From Macrostomum lignano (lineage: Eukaryota), in contig NIVC01001302.1 in assembly GCA_002269645.1 (NCBI GenBank), positions 112,444 through 176,443 on the forward strand: 64,000 bases of DNA, given 5' to 3'. Position numbers and translations under genes: made by a program. Numbering within the stretch: the first letter of the stretch is position 1; the number at the start of each line of letters is the position of its first letter. The notes under the pieces are model-generated. The model did no database searches. It was not told the origin of the DNA and saw only the letters and a list, made by a program, of their open reading frames with translations. Shown one piece after another: positions 61,849 through 64,000 of the stretch.

Positions 61849-63642
61849 GCTAAAAAAATTAAAAATAGTGGTTAAAGTCCTTTTTTTAGCAAAGCGCATT
61901 ATCAAATCTAGATTCGGAAAAGACGGCACCCACAAGATTGTGGCGCGCAAAACTAATTCCCTAACACAATGGCTAACAGGTAAAAAAGGTGGAAAGTCAA
62001 AAAATAACCCCAAGAAAAATTTGGAAAATTACTACAATTGTCGAGACGAAGGGCAGTGAAGAGCCATTGGATAAGCATGGCAAAGGTTGATAGATGCAAA
62101 GTGATCTGCTCACAACGTCACGATCGCACGTAGATGTTTGATAAGAGAGTTGATAGAATTCTAATCAGAAATCCTATTATGAGTTTTTAAATGTCTAAAT
62201 GCTTGAATTGGAGCAGTAGCATTGAAACTAAATTAAAGGGAATTAATTAACAAAAAGTGAATAGTTATGCAAGACACTAAATAACTAAATATATTATAAT
62301 ATCATTAATAAATCAGACCATGTAGAAGCATTTATATTGCTTAAGTTGCATACAACTGCCAAAGTACTTTTATTATATGATATAAATGATAATTAGAAAA
62401 ATGAAAAATGAACTGAAAATATTAAGCGTTGACTTTGGAACTAAAATATTTGTAAAAATATACATAAGTTTATTTAGCTAACATGTTCACTTTGAATAAA
62501 TAGCTTAAAAGGCAGACAAAGCAGAATATCTTTATATTTTTAAAGGCTTATACCACTAGTGAAATAATGATCACATTTATTAGTAACAGTTTTTATTGCG
62601 GAAATACATATAAATACAAGTTTTTAGTGCTGCTATATGCTAAATCACCATCCTACATGCATATTACAACTGTGGATACTGTCCATAAAATCAGATGCGT
62701 AAAGCTAGAATATTTGTTCGTAATGATATTTCACAAACATCGTACTGTAACCTACCATTACACTAGCACAAATATAAATCTAATACAGACTGCACTTATA
62801 GCTTTTTATAGCATATAAATTTTATAATCCTAATTATTCGTGATGTCCGACAGATCTTTGGAACTGAGGATTTGACTGGCAGATGGGTAGTTCTCAAATT
62901 AAGGTCATGATGTTTTGGTACAGAAAAAAAAGTTTTCGAATAAAGTAATTGTTTTGTGAAAAACGATTATTTCGTCAATTTAATTAAAAAACTGCCATTA
63001 AAACCACAAGAAACTAAACATTTCAGACGAAATCTAGCAATTTGTTATTTTTCGCAACGGAGAATAAAACGACCAAAAATCGTGAAATAGTGCAAGTTTT
63101 CTTTAATTTTTATGGTTAAGATGCATCTTTTATTCTATTTTTACTATTTAATAAGGATTATTTCAAAAGAAAATGTTATTTTTAAATCAATATTTTGTTT
63201 TTTTCGTCTAAATTGCTTGTATTTAAAATTATCGCGTAACAAGAAACACCCGAAATAATTGTTATTGTACAACTCAAAGACTTGAATTATTGTACTTAGC
63301 ACCTAAATATGAAGCTCAAAATCTACAAAGATTGTTTCGCTAGAAATTAGGTTTACAAAATATGTCTTTTAATGCATTAAAAGTATTTTGAATTATAATA
63401 TATATAGTAAATGAGCTAGGACGCCATTTCTTTTAAAACCTGAAATACATGTATCTTTTTTCGAACAGACTTGCGTTTTCTTTTGAAAAAAGAATTCAGC
63501 AAGCATTTATATTCTGCAACATAGCTTTTAATGCTATTTTACTATTTTACAATTTTCTTATGCAATTAGCTAGGCTGCACATAATAGAACAGCTTTATTA
63601 ATTTAAATTAAGTAGTTTGGGCTTGGTAAGTTAATTGGCCTA

Positions 63643-63783
63643 TTACAGACGTCTGACTCGGCAGCCGCATGGATCACTGTGAACCTCCTTAATCGATTCT
63701 GGTCCTGCACTGTCATGCTCGGTGCAATTCGTCTCATTTGATAACCACCGATGCCTGCAGAACTGACCACATCCAAAGTACCA
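63643..63783 (-). CDS. Possible Cys-rich terminal exon of a gene lying mostly beyond the window
   Basis: Acceptor tgtacag|TGG, frame WYFGCGQFCRHRW...PCGCRVRRL*, AATAAA at 63594-63599 (minus); a second open frame overlaps. Confidence 0.3.
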   Translation of the reverse strand, partial: WYFGCGQFCRHRWLSNETNCTEHDSAGPESIKEVHSDPCGCRVRRL

Positions 63784-64000
63784 CTGTACAATGATGCGAG
63801 AGAGGTGTGCGGTTTGCAGTGCTTTAGCCAATTGGGTCAGTAGAATTAATTAATCGATCACATTAGAATAAAAGTAGATGTCGTTTGCTGTAAAAAGTAG
63901 ACGTCATATGTAACAAACCAATAGCAAGACATTATTAGATGTCTTTCCCTTCTACTGATGCTCGCATCAGCTGGCTGCCTCCACAGGCACAGCTCATCAC

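Overview
Animal (invertebrate-type) nuclear DNA with GT-AG introns, rich in minisatellites; the style resembles free-living flatworm assemblies, but that is only an impression. Left to right: (1) a head-to-tail trimer of a ~4.2-kb non-coding element (1447-14123) with rolling-circle (Helentron/Helitron-like) termini, each copy carrying two RFX X-boxes, a tRNA-type Pol III promoter and a GC-rich 52-bp minisatellite; (2) a 5-exon ABCB10-like mitochondrial ABC half-transporter (+, 15801-22590) whose introns are filled with different simple repeats; (3) the main result: three tandem minus-strand paralogs (24718-33003, 40126-45562, 54961-61848). The ORF track shows them as scattered SH3, ankyrin and caspase ORFs, but by hand they splice into single 7-exon genes with identical intron phases (0,2,0,2,0,2). 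Each encodes SH3 repeats - ankyrin repeats - a hypervariable disordered linker - ankyrin repeats - a C-terminal caspase with an intact His/Cys dyad (about 1030-1470 aa). The third copy is fully open; the other two each need one extra base in a homopolymer. The spacers between paralogs hold decayed fibrinogen-related and F-type lectin genes, suggesting a fast-evolving innate-immunity/cell-death locus. All gene models are manual and unvalidated by transcripts; novelty has not been checked against databases.
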